62,872 nt of DNA, filler included, from 15 parts of 15 records of this genome joined end to end with filler, not necessarily neighbours in it, one strand, 5' to 3'; positions 25,901 through 39,307 are shown, counted from the whole stretch's first letter. Program-made: numbers and translations. The notes: generated by a model not told the origin, from the sequence alone.

Positions 25901-26143
25901 ATCAATTCGTTCTATGCGGGCAACCTGGACAGCCAGGAGTACAAGATGTTTGAGATGTACGTCGGGATCCTGAAGAAGGTGGTCAACAACCTGGTGGACG
26001 AGCTCGAGAAGGACCCGCTCCAGATCACACTCAAGCAACTCAATGATTGTATCGCCACCGGCAAGTCCGCTTTCACCACGCTGCACGATGAAAGGGCCGG
26101 CTCGATGTGCGTCCCCTGCGCCGGAGCCAGCGGAGAGAGATAA
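22955..26143 (+). CDS. Ankyrin-UBA-Ariadne RBR E3 ubiquitin ligase (ANKIB1-like)
   Basis: Ankyrin repeats; UBA (LVGMGY..AKRAV); acidic tract; LLSDYRWNKQ; RING1 CGHTGCRACW; IBR KWCPHPDC..FCWWCAREPHAPVSC; RING2 ECPNPKC..IEKNHGCDHMVC..FCWVC. Introns 24689-24727, 25434-25470, 25628-25665, 25865-25900. Confidence 0.92.
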
Positions 26144-26363
26144 TCCTAATGTTAGAATTCAATACCGACGTAGTGACGGTAGCTGACACGGTAGCTGCGT
26201 AGTAGCTACGATACGTGTACATGAATTGTCAATTGTACTTACAAACCGGTTCATTTGGCTACANNNNNNNNNNNNNNNNNNNNNNNNNNNNNNNNNNNNN
26301 NNNNNNNTTAATTAATTAANNNNNNNNNNNNNNNNNNNNNNNNNNNNNNNNNNNNNNNNNNNN

Positions 26364-29300
26364 CCGCCTGTTCGCATGCTGCTTGGACTGGGTTACAGCT
26401 CTCATAGCGTCTGGCTCGGATTCATCGTTGGAGCCCGAAGACTCACGGATCGGGCGGATTGTGACTTTAAATGTATTCGACTTGTACCGGGCAACCAGAT
26501 AGGGCGGTCTGGTCTTGTGCTGCTCATTGCTCGAGTCGCCGTTCTTGATCGCCTCGCTTTGATTCTTGAGCCAGGCCACTGCTTCGGAATCGATGATTTC
26601 CTCCCGAGGTGTACCTCTGATCCTTCCATTAAGCCACACACTAAAAGAAGACGCATCACGCCCCATGCCTGAAGCAACCTGAGATTGTGTCAGTTGTTGG
26701 TCTGTGATCACTTCTCTGATTCTGTCCACCAATGCATCGTGCTGAGAAGGAGCTCCTGGCTTCTCAGAAGTTGCGTTTTTGCATCTGCTGACGCCAGCTT
26801 CCTTCTGTTTGGCGGTCACCGATGCATCACGCTGAGAACGAGCCACTGTGGTCGGCTTCGGTGGCTTCTCAGACGTTGTGGTTTTACATATGCTGACGTC
26901 AGCTCCCTTCTGTTTGGTCGTCTCAGCCACATGCTGCCAGACATCAGACAAGGAGCGGAATCGCCGCCCATCTGGTGAAGTGAAATACTTGTCGGTAGCA
27001 CCCTTGCTTGTGCCAGTTTGTCGGATCTTGTGCTCTACGGTCCAGCCCTCAGGCAAGCCTTCAGGCACCTTTCCTCTCTGGCGCTTTGGACAAGTTTCAG
27101 CTGCGACAGCGCTTTGTCCCTCTTCGCGTTTGGCACCACGTTGGCTCTCAAAGGCAGCCATCTGCCAACCAAGGGTTAGAATGTGACCAAGCTCACTAAA
27201 GGCAGCGTGCGATCTATCAATCTGTTTGCACAGCCATGTGGCACTCACGTGTGCATCGAAGTCAAACACGAACTTTGGCTCATAAAGTGCTAATCTGTCT
27301 ACTAGCGGTTGGTCTGGCGAGTCTTCTATAGTCCACACTTCGCCTGACAGCACACCGCAATCCTCGCTGTTTCGCACACTCAAGTCAGTTGGAAACATCG
27401 AATCGAAAGGGACTGACCTGACTGTGAAGCGGAGTGTGTGCGAGCCGCTAGACTCCTTGGTGCCTAATTGGTCGACTAGTGCATCGCGCCACACCTCGTC
27501 GTCACAGAAGATCGATACCTGAAGCACACTCGAGAACAGCGACGAGATTCGGCCTACCTTCGTGCCTGGCTCAGGAATTTCACTCAAATTCTCAATAAGA
27601 CGAGTGCTCTGTCTAATGTTGGACTCAGGCTGCCACTCGTCTCCTTGCTTTCGGTGCTCCTCGACCTCTTGAACCGTGTCTGTATATCTTACCTGCAAAT
27701 CGCATCTAAAGTGCGAGCAAGAGTGTGATTCATACCAGGTAGGCCATTTCGTCCTCTCTGCCAGGTAGCTGAGCACAACCCAAGATCCTGGCCTTCCACC
27801 AGCACCCCTCCCACTGCCAGCTCGCTGACGATTTGGCTTCAACTTCCTAGCACACATATGCGCATTAATTCTGTGCAAGTGACAGACTCACCACTGCTGC
27901 ATCGAGTGAGCCAGTATCATCCAATATAGGGGCGTACTGCGCTATCTTAAGGAAGCTTTTCCACACTTGTGCAAACTCTTCCACACTCAGCTCTTTGTAC
28001 AGTGCCTGTGCAGCAACTCTCAGCCGATACAGTCCATCCAAACTGAGCACCTTCAATGAAGCTCGTGCAGACTTGCGGCTCCCGAAATACTCGTTCTTGA
28101 GGGGCTTTTCGCGGGGTCGCTTCGGATTGAGCTGCCTCTCTAGATCAAGTGGCTCGCACTCCAGGTGTTTGGGGCAGTACGCGCTGAAGGTCTTCTTAGA
28201 AAGCAGCGCTTTGGCCTGTATATACGAGTAGGCATCGCAGCAGGGCCACGTTTTCTGACCTTGAGAGCACATAAGTAGTGATAGCCTTCCTTGCACTTCT
28301 CAGCAGCACAATCGATCGTAGCTCCCTTCTGGCCACAATAACTACACCTATTCGCAGCCTGTTAGCAGACAGCGCAGGGCATTAAGATTAGTCAGCAGGG
28401 TATTAGATTTCACTCACTTCAGCCTCCTGCCACGGCGCACCGCCTCCTCAGTATTCACAAGCTGGCCATGCTCCTCGTAGACCTCGGACGACCAAATCAT
28501 ACATTTGCGGTGCACCCGGTATTGACCAAATTTCTCAATCCCGCCGAGTCTCTCCGAAGACTCCAGTCCGCACAGCACACAGCGCGGCTCCCCGTCCACC
28601 GTGTCTTTCGGGATTTCAGTCAGATCCGGAATGGTTTCATCGCCCACCGCAATCGTCTCCACATCCAGCCCCTGCTCTCTGGCCGCCTCGATGTTGGCTG
28701 TCATCACCTTCTCCCTGCACCCTGCCTGAGCCCTCGCACCGGCTAGCAGTCAGCCACCAGTAGTCATCCTGCTCTTTGCTGTGGAATACAGAGTCGTCCA
28801 CGGGGTAGTCACGCCCATACGCTGCACCATAGCTGAGCAGCAGCTCCTGGCCGGCCTGAAGCGCCCCACCGGCATCATGGCCCACACCGCAAGCATGCAC
28901 ACCTCAACGGTCTGCACTGTACGGACATACATCCGTGCGCTCTCCGTATCGTAAAAGAACGATGCGTTGCACGCCTCCCCGGGGCTCGGCTCGTTCAGGA
29001 AGTGAACCACTCCAAAGAACCTGCGCGTAACTGGGTGAGAGGGTACGCAGCCGGCGTCACTTTGCATTCCCGTTGGCATCCATGGGGTCGACGTAGAGTC
29101 CACTGTCCGCAGAGACTTCGAGCCTGAAACCAGCCGAATCTTGGGGCATTTGCCGCACTTCCTCTGAGCCCACCAGCCGGCCTGCCACCCGCACGCCGTC
29201 CGCCCCATACAGCACCCGCGGAGTACCAACATAATCGCCGATCTGGCAGCCGGGCAGAAGCCTTCTGTGTGCGAACACCCCGAGCGCGTTGGCCTTGGCC

Positions 29301-29537
29301 GGCACTCGCGCGATGATCACGTTTTCGTCCCGGTAGGTGAGCAGTACGGGCTCCAGCAGCGCTCGCTCCATTCCGGCGCGCCCGGTCGGGACTGCAGCAC
29401 CTGGAGCTGCAGCTGTCGCTCGTGGCCGACCTTCCCAGTTCTCACTACCCGCGAGGCGGTTTGAATCCAACGGATCCGTAACATCACAGTGGCTCGGACA
29501 ACTCCGGCAAGCAAGGATTTCTTTCATTGATTCTATC
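26364..29537 (-). CDS. Partial chromatin protein: SET + extended PHD + MBD + HTH
   Basis: SET (LGVFA..IGDYVG, HFLNEP, ELLLSYG..Y); ePHD (CVLCG..VHRKCMIWSSEV..CSYCGQKGATIDC..YHYLCA..YCPKH); MBD (LPEGW..R..G..DKYFTSPDGRRFRSL); XRE-like HTH (LTQSQVASGMG...FSVWLNG). Confidence 0.85.
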
Positions 29538-29899
29538 NNNNNNNNNNNNNNNNNNNNNNNNNNNNNNNNNNNNNNNNNNNNTTAATTAATTAANNNNNNN
29601 NNNNNNNNNNNNNNNNNNNNNNNNNNNNNNNNNNNNNTACTTGAAGGCGTATACGTTTGTCAGTCTGGGCTCTCCCAGCCAGTCAACGTGAAACATTCGG
29701 TTTCCTCTTCGCCTCTTTGAGCTCGAGCAGCCCGCAACTTGAGGAGGTGGATAGGGCTGATCATCGGCTCCCGATGCCCTGCGTAACGCAGGCCCGTCGG
29801 CCTTCACACAATTCCCCTTGGCTACCACTAGAACCTACACCAGTCGTGCGGTCGTGCCTAGCACTCTATCTTTAGAACAACCAAGTCCGAGAAGGAGAC

Positions 29900-30801
29900 A
29901 TGGATCCCGACCTGCCAAAGGGCAAGCAGTACCGCTCCATGTGCCCGGAGCGGCCTCTGGCCGACTACTCGCGGGAGGCGGCCAACCCCAAGGAGTTCAA
30001 GCTCGCCCAGATCCGGGCCGAAGCCGCGGTGGCCCGCCAGGAGGAGAAGCTGCGCGACTCTGTAGAGGCCGCAAAGTGGACCGCCGTCGGGCAGGTGCGG
30101 AGAGCCGGGCCGCCGGGGAGGACCGGCCGGGCAGAAAGTGGACTACGACCAGTACCGGCAGCTGTGCCTCGGGGCCACGCTCAAACCGGTCGCGCCCGGC
30201 GACATCGAGAGCATAATGGACAACAAATCGCAGTCAAAGAGTGCCACCGCCTGCCCCCCCACCCCTCACCCGACCGGGCAGCGCGGCGGGCGCGGCGGCG
30301 CGGGCATCAGAACGCTGCGGTGCCGACGCAGCTGGCGCCGGAGCCGGCCGCGGCCCCGGGAGACCGAGACGAGTTCGACCGGCAATGGCGGGCCGCCTGC
30401 AAGGTGCCGCCCCGCCCGGCGGGCCGTGAGCGGCTGGGCAGGCGGACGACGGCCGGAAGTACCGGTATCTTAAGCTGATCCCGGCTGGGTCGCTCGAGCG
30501 GCTGCTTCAGGTGCTGGGCCAGGCGGGTCGGGCCAGCGGGGGGCAGGCGGAGATCGGATTTGACTTGCTCGGGGAGATCGTGATGGCGCTGCACCGCTGC
30601 TGGGTCGAGGCAGCGGAGGGCGAGTTTGTGCGTGGGGTGCTCCAGGCGCTGCCTCGGGCGTTCAGGTTCGAGCTGGCGGTGAGCTTTCTGGGACGTGAGG
30701 AGAAGGAGGCCGTCGCGGGGCTGCTGGAGCGGCTGGAGGCTCAGGCGGTCCCCAGCTCGGAGATCGGACAGCTCCGACGGGATTTCCAGCTGGACTCGTG
30801 A
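29900..30801 (+). CDS. CCDC103: Outer dynein arm attachment factor CCDC103 (PR46b)
   Basis: AKWTAVGQ|KVDYDQYRQLCLGATLKP; RPAP3_C-like EFDRQWR..YLKLI..AEIGFDLLGEIV..RFELAVSFL. 4 GT-AG mini-introns. Confidence 0.85.
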
Positions 30802-31234
30802 AGCAGAACGGCCTGCACGCGTGCATACCGCAAGGAATTCAGGACAGGAACACAACGGGAACACAAGTGCTGCGTATTGAACCTATGGTACGTACCATGC
30901 CAGTGTTTTGTACTTAATTATTAATCGTCACCTAAAAAGCTTCCAAGGGGTCCACCCTCTTTGGTGGAGGCTCTCGGCGTCTCGGCGCGCGCAATACATA
31001 TGCCATCTCCCTCGAGTGTTAATATGGATGTCAGCTTGTGTTGTAATCAAAAATAAATAACATTCCAAATCATCCAACTAAGCGAGTGATCGGCAATACG
31101 TATAATTGTCTCCTCCTCGCTCTAGGTACGAAAGGCACAGGCAGAACAGAGCATCTTGCGAGCTCTGCTTGCGGTTGTGCGTTGGGTGCTCAGCCGACTG
31201 GCATCCTTTATCATTGGTAGGGACAGGGAATCGC

Positions 31235-32510
31235 TTACAACTCCTCCTTCTTGGGCTCCTCCTTCTCGGGCTCCTTGGCCTTGTCCTCTTCCTCCTTGGC
31301 CTTCCGCTCCTCCTCAGCCTTCTTCCGGTCCTCCTCGTCCTTCTTGCGCTTCTCCTCGTCAGCTGCCTCCTTCATCTTCTTCTCAGCCTCCATCCCTGGC
31401 TTGAGCTTCTCGTAAGCAGCCTTGGCAGCCTCCACATCGTCGGTGATCAGCAGGTTGTCGAAGATGGTGCCGGACTTGACTTGCCACACGTCGATCCCGA
31501 CGAACGCGAACGAGTCGTACGCGTACAGCTGGTCATCGTCAACGTAGGCAGGGTTGGCGATCTTTTTGGGGGCCCACACGCCCTTGTAAGCAGGGTTAGC
31601 AATGCGCTTGGCCTTCCACTCGCCCTTGAAGTCCGGGTTGTCGATCTGGGGCGCCTCCCAGTCGCCGTCGGACTCGTCATCCCAGTCGTCAGGCTTGGTG
31701 GCCTTGGGGTCGGCGATCTTGGCCGGGATGTCATCGTAGCCCTCCGGCTTCTTGTCCTCGGGGTCGTCCATCTCGGCCTCGTCCACCCAGTCAGCCGGCT
31801 TCTTGTCCTCGGGGTCGTCGATCTCCTTGGGCTCAAGGAACTTCCAGCCCTCGGCCAGCTTGCCGTCCTCGACCTTAGTACCATCGATCTGCACCTCAAA
31901 GGTGTTGTCGGGCTTGACGATCAGGGTGTACACGTGGGTGAGCTCGTCGCTCTCGGTGCGCAGGTCCTTGTCCTTGAGCAGGTTCTTCTCCTTGTAGTTG
32001 AAGATCAGGTGGGTCCGCTTGGTCATCCCGCAGATGTCCGGCCCGAACATGATGTTGTACTTGGTCTCTCCGTGGAAGGCCTTGCCGTCGAACGGAGCCG
32101 GTCCGATCTTCAGGTAGGCGCCACCGCAGTCGATGTTTTGCTCGTGCTTGACAGAGTACTGAACCACAAACGTCTTGCCCTTGTTGCTGAATTCGGGCAT
32201 CGCGGCCGAGATGCCGTAGAACTTGGCGTCTTGCGAGGTCTGGAGACCTGCCCCAGCCGAGTCGGTCGCGCCCCTGGGAGCGCCGCGTACCCATATCGCT
32301 GGCGTCAGCGTGGTATTTGCCGGCGGATGCCTTCATCACGCCGAGGTCGTCCTTGTGGGTGGACTGGACCCATCGGGATTCCCAGCCATCTGCGGCGGCC
32401 GGTCAGTCGCCGACCAGGGGGCGGGGGGGACCGCCGAAGGACTCCTCAAAGTACACCTCGCCCACGGCGGCGCCGAGGCAGAGCAGAGCAACAAGCGCGA
32501 CACACTTCAT
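31235..32510 (-). CDS. CALR: Calreticulin
   Basis: Signal peptide; GLQTSQDAKFY, VKHEQNIDCGGAYLK, IMFGPDICG, KPxDW repeats, WQVKSGTIFDN; C-terminal KEEL. 2 introns. Confidence 0.98.
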
Positions 32511-33002
32511 GTCTTCTCGAGTAGCAGCGGGTTCGCGAGCGCGGGAACGTGATGACGTCGCTAACGGAGGGTAACCGAAAGTCTGTTTTTACGCCTGAGT
32601 CAGCATTCTCTGCAAGTGCCACTGCAGCCGTGCCACGGCCACAGTGCAGTGTCACAATCTGTCGTTATGTTACTTGTTAGTACCGAGCGTTTATTGAATT
32701 CCACTAGGCCGCTACTACCATTGCCGAGCGATAGCCGAACGAGAGACCATGTGAGGAGTGCTAGGTACGTAGGCTAACGTAGTGTAGTGGGTAGTGCCCA
32801 CACCCTCCTGANNNNNNNNNNNNNNNNNNNNNNNNNNNNNNNNNNNNNNNNNNNNTTAATTAATTAANNNNNNNNNNNNNNNNNNNNNNNNNNNNNNNNN
32901 NNNNNNNNNNNTTTTAAGTTGAATCGCATGGGTTCGAAACCCGTTAATTTAATTAATTATTGTACCGTTATGTTAGTGAGCACTAAGCTTAAGTGAGCAC
33001 TA

Positions 33003-35999
33003 CTACAGAGGCTTGGCTCCAATTTCGTCGAGCCCATAAAGCTCCTTAAAGAAGAAGGCGAGCTCCTTGCGGGCGCGTTCCAGTCTCGTGGAGCCAAACA
33101 CCGACTCGCTGCTCTGCATCGTTGCTGCATCACGCAGCAACGATGCAAAGTGCGCCATGCCATTATCTCGCTCCAGGGCCACCACCAGACACACTGCGCT
33201 CTCCTGGTGTGCCACCTTGTGCCCCGACAAGTTGCTGTAGTGCAGCATCTCAGCAGTGCTGAACGGCATCATCCGCATGGCCACTAGCCGGTAGCCTTCC
33301 CTCAGCACCCGCTGGAGGACCTGCATGCTCCCGGCCGACTGCGAGAGCTCCGATCCCATCAGCATGCAGATGGTCTCCTTTAGGGACGGGGCCCGCTTAA
33401 GCACACAGCGCGAGCCTGCCATGTCCAGCCCGCCTCCCTTGAGGTTCTGGCACAGCCGCTCCTGGTGCTGGCCGGTGCTCGGGGTGCAGAAGCAGTCGGC
33501 CCCGAACAGAGCAGGCAGGCAGGCTCCCTCCGGCTGGTCCGGCTGGAGCAGCTCGAGCAGCTTGTGCTTGGCGTGCACCCGGCTGAGTAGAAGCAGCACT
33601 GCGAGCACTTCAGGCGGGGCCACCGCGTGCACCTGCTCAAAGCTCGGCTGCACCTTAGTGTACGGGACCATCTGGACAGCCACCACCCCAAACCGCTGGC
33701 TGCGCAGCATCTTAATGATCTTGGGCAGCGACCGCTGGGTCGCGCTGCCTTTGACGCAGAGAACCGTCTTCTCGGCATCTGCAGGCTTTAAGATTGAATC
33801 GAGCGAAACCAAAGCTTTGGGGAGCTCGATTTCGGCAAGGTCAAAGAGTGACTGCAATAGACAGTGCGCTCCAGCTGCGGATGCTGAGACTGTCAGCTGC
33901 ATGTCCTTATGCCTAGTTGCGAGGTCAGTCCACGCTTGGCGCAGTCCAAACCCACGCATGGCTAACAACAAGCAGCCAGTGGTGCGCAGGGCCTGTTCGC
34001 ACGGCTTCCCAGGAGTCTCTGCCGCTTGCTCCACCAGCAGCGTGACTGCACTCCCAGCTGGCGATGTGAGAAGCTTTATGCCCATGACACGCGCCTCAGG
34101 TGTTTGACTGATCAACATGGACAGCTCGGACGATGCCTTGCCAGAGAGCAGGATGCTGGCAACTACGGTCTGCTCTTCGTCCTGGTCGTCTACAGCATCC
34201 ATTGCAGCTGGCTCGCTTGCGGCAGGCAGCGTATCCACCATATGTCCAGCCAGCTCGGCGGCCAGCTCGGCGCTGCACAGCTGGACAAACTCGGCCAGCT
34301 CTGGATCCAGTGCTCCAACCCACTGCCGCGCGCGGTGTGCCGCGTTCTCTGCCGCCACCTTGAGCACCAACCAGCGGGAGCCGGCTCGCGTGCTCGGCCA
34401 GTTGAGCTGGGCACAGAGTGCGGGCTCCAGCTCCACCCGGCAGCACAGCTCGAGGTGCAGATTGCCCTCACCCAGGCTCTGCAGCAGTTTCCCGTAATGC
34501 GCCGGCTTCAGACCAGGCTGGACAGCCAGCACGCACTCGGCTGGCTCGAATCGGCTGACCAACCGCACAGCCTCCGCATGGTCATACTTGAGCTCCGGCT
34601 GCAGCCGACCCCCGAAGAACAAGCCAATGTCGCGCGGCGACCGTTCGGCGGATCGGGTGCACGCGAGTAGGTTGTGTGCGCGCGACTCGCCATGCAGCGC
34701 CCGCAGCGAGCCGGGGTCGGTCCGGCGGGCGAGCGATGGGTCCTCGGGGCCCACATTCGACACCCAGACTTGCACCGCATCCGCCCCTCGGACCGCGAAC
34801 ACCAGCACCGGCTCATCCGTGACCGGACAGTACGGCGAGAAGCACGAGAGCGCCGGCGCATCGGCCGGGGAGAGCCAGAGCAGCCTAAGCCCGACCAGCG
34901 CCATCCCGAGCTTGTCCGGGAGCTGGAGCACGGCCGCCAGCTGACTGCTGTCCCTGAGCGCGTGTGGCTTGACCAAAGAGACCGAGTGCTCAACTTGGGC
35001 TGCGTGCCGCCGAGACGGCCCGTCGAGCCAGAGCGCGGCCGGCTTGGCAAACACCTGGAGCGGGTGGCTCGCCCTGCCCCGTCGGACCTTGGCCATGTCC
35101 GCGAGCGAGAGCGACTTGCCCCCAGTCGGGACCAACCCCGCGAGCGCCTCGAGCGCCGGGCCGCCGAGCAGGTCGTGCAGCATGACGTGCCCGATCCGCT
35201 CGGGCAGCTGCTCAGCCTCCTCGGGGCTCTCGCACTCAAACCCGGCCATTAGCTTGCCGTCCGACAGCATCAGTCCGACCAGCTTGCCCGGCAGCTCCGG
35301 CGGCGGCGGGTACACCTCGGGCTCGCCCGTGTGCAGCAGCCAGCACACCAGGTCGGCCAGGACCGGGGCGGCCGCCGGCTGCATCTCGAGCAGCACAAAC
35401 TTGCCCGGCGCCGCCTCGTCCGGCCGGTACAGCGGATCCTCTTCCGTGTCAGTTAGCTGCTCCCAGATCTGGCCTGGCAGCGCGCGCAGCAGCCCGCCCT
35501 TTGAGGCCAGCGGGTGGTACAGTCGGTCAATCGCCGGCCGCTCGGCCGCTCTGGTCGCCAGCAGCTCGAGCTCCTTGGCCTTCTCGCGAGCCAGGAACTC
35601 GGCCTCCTCGCGCCGCTGCCGCTCCTCCTCCTGCTGCCGGAGCCTCAGCTGCTCCTGCTCAAACATCTGCTGCTCGAGCGCCGCCTCCCGCGCCGCCGCC
35701 TCCGCCGCCAGCCGCGCCTGCTCCTCCTTGCGCCGGATGTCGGCCTGTCGTTGGGCCTCTAACTCGGCCGCCAGCTGCTCCTGCCGCTGCCTCTCCTGCT
35801 CGGCCCGCGCCTCGGCCGCCTGCTGCTTGGCCAGCTCCCTCTTCTCCGCCTGCACTCGGCTCAGCTCCCGCCGCACGCAGGCTTACCAGACGCCGCAGCC
35901 GGAGCCTCTCGGCTTCCTTAAGCTCTTCCGCGGCGGCCTGCGCCTCGGGCGCCTCGGGCTCCTCCTTGACCTCCTCCTTCTCCTGTGCCTGTGGCACCT
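33003..35999 (-). CDS. 5'-partial coiled-coil protein with several degenerate NDP-kinase-like domains (DNAAF8/NME-like)
   Basis: SLVKPHAL..VGLRL..VGPEDPSLARRTDPGSLRALHG..HNLL plus further NDK-like repeats ending ARKELAFFF; catalytic His absent. Confidence 0.7.
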
Positions 36000-36099
36000 N
36001 NNNNNNNNNNNNNNNNNNNNNNNNNNNNNNNNNNNNNNNNNNNTTAATTAATTAANNNNNNNNNNNNNNNNNNNNNNNNNNNNNNNNNNNNNNNNNNNN

Positions 36100-39000
36100 T
36101 CAAAGAGTCGTCATCCCAAGCGAGGCCAGCTGACCTCTCAAAGTCGGTCCGGCCATTGGCCCGTCCAAGCATCCTGCAGACCATAATAGGCCTGGCTGGT
36201 CTGGACGGCTTCGTCCTTGAGATCACATCCCGCCAGGTGCAAGGAGGAGCCTGCGCTCGAGCAGCCAGCCCCTTCAATTGGGCCATGCAGCCAGCCTCTT
36301 GAATCGGGACAGGAATCTTGTAGCCACCGGCCTTAAGCTCTGAGCTGGCCGGGTCCCACTCCAGGCTGCACAATTCAGCACTTTGCACTTGGTTGATCTT
36401 TGACGACAAGCGCAGGCCAAGACTGGTCTGCTCGAGCCGGAATTCAATCTCATCACCGTCCTTGTCGACAAAGCTGACCGAATCGTGAGCATCTTGGTCC
36501 GAACAGGACCCAGGAGTCACGGCACCCAAGCAGCGCAGGTAGCCCTCGGCGGCCTCGAGAGCGCTGCCAACACTCACATGCAGCGTCGCCGGAGGGCAGC
36601 CGAGCAGGTTGCACAGCAGCAGCAGCCGGGCTACAGGCAGTGCAGGTGTGTCTGCACACGCCGTGGTGTTGCCAAACGTCACTGGCTGTGCAATGGATAT
36701 AGCATCAATCATGTCGTCGACTTCCATCAGGGGAGACTGCGAACTAGCCTGCTGCATCACCGACACAACAGAATCGAGCGTCAAGCCTGCCGGCTCCAGC
36801 TCCGACAGGGCAAGCGTTCGGAGCATGTGCTCAGTCGTTACGGATCCAATCTTGCCCTCCAATTCATACGGGCGCAGACCAGCTTCATCGATTGCAGCCG
36901 CCATCCGCTCCAGGCGCACCAGCAATCTGACTGCTGCTTGGAGCACAGCTCCAGCCTCGGCTATTGCCCAATCGCACCGGCTTGGGTCGGAGAAGCCCAT
37001 CTCGCCCAGGTCTTGCTTGAGTGAAGCATTGGACGACTTCCGGTCCTGCTCGACCAGCTGACTAGTCTGAGCCCTGGCAGCGAGCACCAGTTCGAGCAAT
37101 TTGTTGGGAGTGAGAGTAAGCAGCTCCTTCGCGTCGCTGTTTGCCTCCGAAACAGATGCTGGGAACAGCCCGCCCATGGTTTTGTGTAACCATGATGTCA
37201 GAGACCTCGGCTGCGCTTCAATCTCCGTCTCTTCGGTCCGCCTGCTTGGCACCCTCGCCCTCCTCTTCATCTTCATCTCCTTCTGTTTCGGTGCACGACT
37301 CTTCCCTTTTTTGAGTGACCGCTGGGGAGCGGCCGCTTTGGTGAAATTCATTGGAGCAGGGGCTGCTGCTGCTCGCGCCATTCCACCAAAGCCACCTCCA
37401 CCAAAGCCACAGCCACCGCTGGAGAAAAGCATTTCATTCCTGCTGGGCCGGGGCCGCTTTATCGAGTCTCGCACCGCTGCACTGACCCAGTCCTCCTCAG
37501 GGACAGACGGCTGACAGCTGGGCGGCACTGGCTCCACCGGCGCTGTGAGCTTGGCAACGGCACACGCTTTGGTGACCGATGGAGCCATCACTTTGCCTTT
37601 CAGCGAGATTTGCAGAGTGGCTGCATGCTTTTCTTGAGCGCTGATCTCGGGGTAGATAGTGTCAGCTGGGGCATACTGTGGCTCTAGCAACCGCAGCAAC
37701 GCGAGCGTATGCTGCCGTAACGTATCAGTATGAATCAGGCCGGAGGCTGCGAGCTGTTGATCAGCGATTGTCATCTGCACAGTCTCCCAGCTGCCTTGAT
37801 GCTCGAGCACCACCTTGACCTGGCTGCCCGGCAGCACATTCAGTTTCCAGGGCCGGTCCGGACTGAGCAAGTCTCGCTCACAGCCGCAGCCGTGCACAGC
37901 CAGCACGTTCGCTTCTCTAATCTGGAGCGTCATCCTGGCCGCCGCCCTGACCAGCGACCGGGCCAGTGCCCCTAGGATCTTGGCCTTCATCTTCTCGCCC
38001 TCCGGCCTCTGTACCATGATCGCCTCCCCACCTGTGCAGCTAGCCACGAACTCGACTGTGGCTGGGTTGAGCCACGGTCCGTAACCGAGAGCGTCAATCT
38101 GCATGAAATTGAGCCCCCCAGTGCTCGCAATCCCTCGGATGTCCGCCTGGAAACGCTCTTGCTGGGTGGCCCCTCCGTCAGTGAGCAGCAGCACGTGGTG
38201 TGCCTCGCTCGGACTGGCTGTCACACAGCTGTTGAGCCGGGCCGACCAGTTGTCAAAATTGGTGCACCCGCCTGATTTAAGCTTGTTGGCCTGGCTGATC
38301 GCGGCCTCGAGCGCCTCTCTGCTGGCGGCCGGCCCCTGGATCCCTGCCGGCAAGGTGAGCTCGAGGTGCTCGTGCAGCTTTGAGTTGAACTCCCAGAATT
38401 TAAAGCTGATTGGCAGGCTGTTCAGCGCATTGCGTGTGCGCAGCATGTTCAAATGAGCTGGTAACGCCTCGAGGATCCCAGTGAGAAAGCCGACGCACCG
38501 CTGCAGGAAGCTCATCCCGTCTGCATTCATCGAGGTGGAGCCGGACGTGTCGCAAATGATGTAAATGTTGTGCGGCGCCTGGGCTGGAGACACGCCGGGC
38601 ACCTTGAGCGGGACTTTGAGGTCAAATAGGCTGACAGACCGCTCGGCGCCATCCACTGGGCTCCTGAAGGCGGCTGGGATCGATCTCACATTCTCCACCG
38701 CCTCGAGCGAGCCCTCGATTCCCTGCTGTCCTAGCGCGGTGATGGACCCGGAGCTCAGGCTGGGGATTCGCACGCGGAGCTTGATCAGTGAAGGGAGTGG
38801 CAGCCCTGCTGTCTGCGTCCAGCTCAGCTCTCGCGCTGACCCGATGCTGCCCTCGATAAGCTCCGGATCGATCACCAGCAGCGCCGGTCTGATCGCGTCC
38901 GGCTTGATCAGGCCCCGGCCGGGCTCGAAGCTGTGCTGGAGCTGCTCCATGTCCTTGAGCAACACCTCGGGCTCGGGCAGCTCCAGGGTGAGCTCCGGCG

Positions 39001-39207
39001 TTAGATGCACCTCCAGCTCAAACCCCGGGGCCGCCTCCCGCCAGGGCGCGAACCCTGGCCCGATCAGGATGTCGGCGATCGAGCACTGGTGCTGGTCGGC
39101 ATCCTGTACCACCTTGGCGCGCGAGCTGAGAGGGCTGATCAAAGTGCAGTTGAACACCGCTGTGGCGCGCGGCGGGATCTTGTCGATCTTGATCTCGAAC
39201 ACCTCGT
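36100..39207 (-). CDS. Partial vWA-domain (vWA5/VIT-like) protein with UBA domain
   Basis: One open frame across the contig; IICDTSGST MIDAS, GGCTNF, LLLTDGG; UBA LGEMGFSD..CDWAI..LQAAVRLL. Confidence 0.8.
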
Positions 39208-39307
39208 NNNNNNNNNNNNNNNNNNNNNNNNNNNNNNNNNNNNNNNNNNNNTTAATTAATTAANNNNNNNNNNNNNNNNNNNNNNNNNNNNNNNNNNNNN
39301 NNNNNNN

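Noticed and set aside
31106-32524. Long antisense ORFs (472 aa opposite calreticulin; also 10392-11270, 34969-36051 and the 5' extension of 59019-61397)
   Set aside because: Shadow ORFs expected from high GC3 codon bias; no recognisable motifs.
32928-32944. tRNA T-arm/B-box-like hairpin ATGGGTTCGAAACCCGT
   Set aside because: It is at a contig edge, and no acceptor stem or D-arm can be built.
29900-35999. Apparent cluster of dynein-assembly genes (CCDC103 near an NDK/DNAAF8-like gene)
   Set aside because: They lie on different contigs separated by a linker.
36100-39207. 3.1-kb apparently intronless vWA gene as a horizontal-transfer candidate
   Set aside because: Eukaryotic UBA domain, host-like composition, and 3' parts of other long genes here are also intron-poor.
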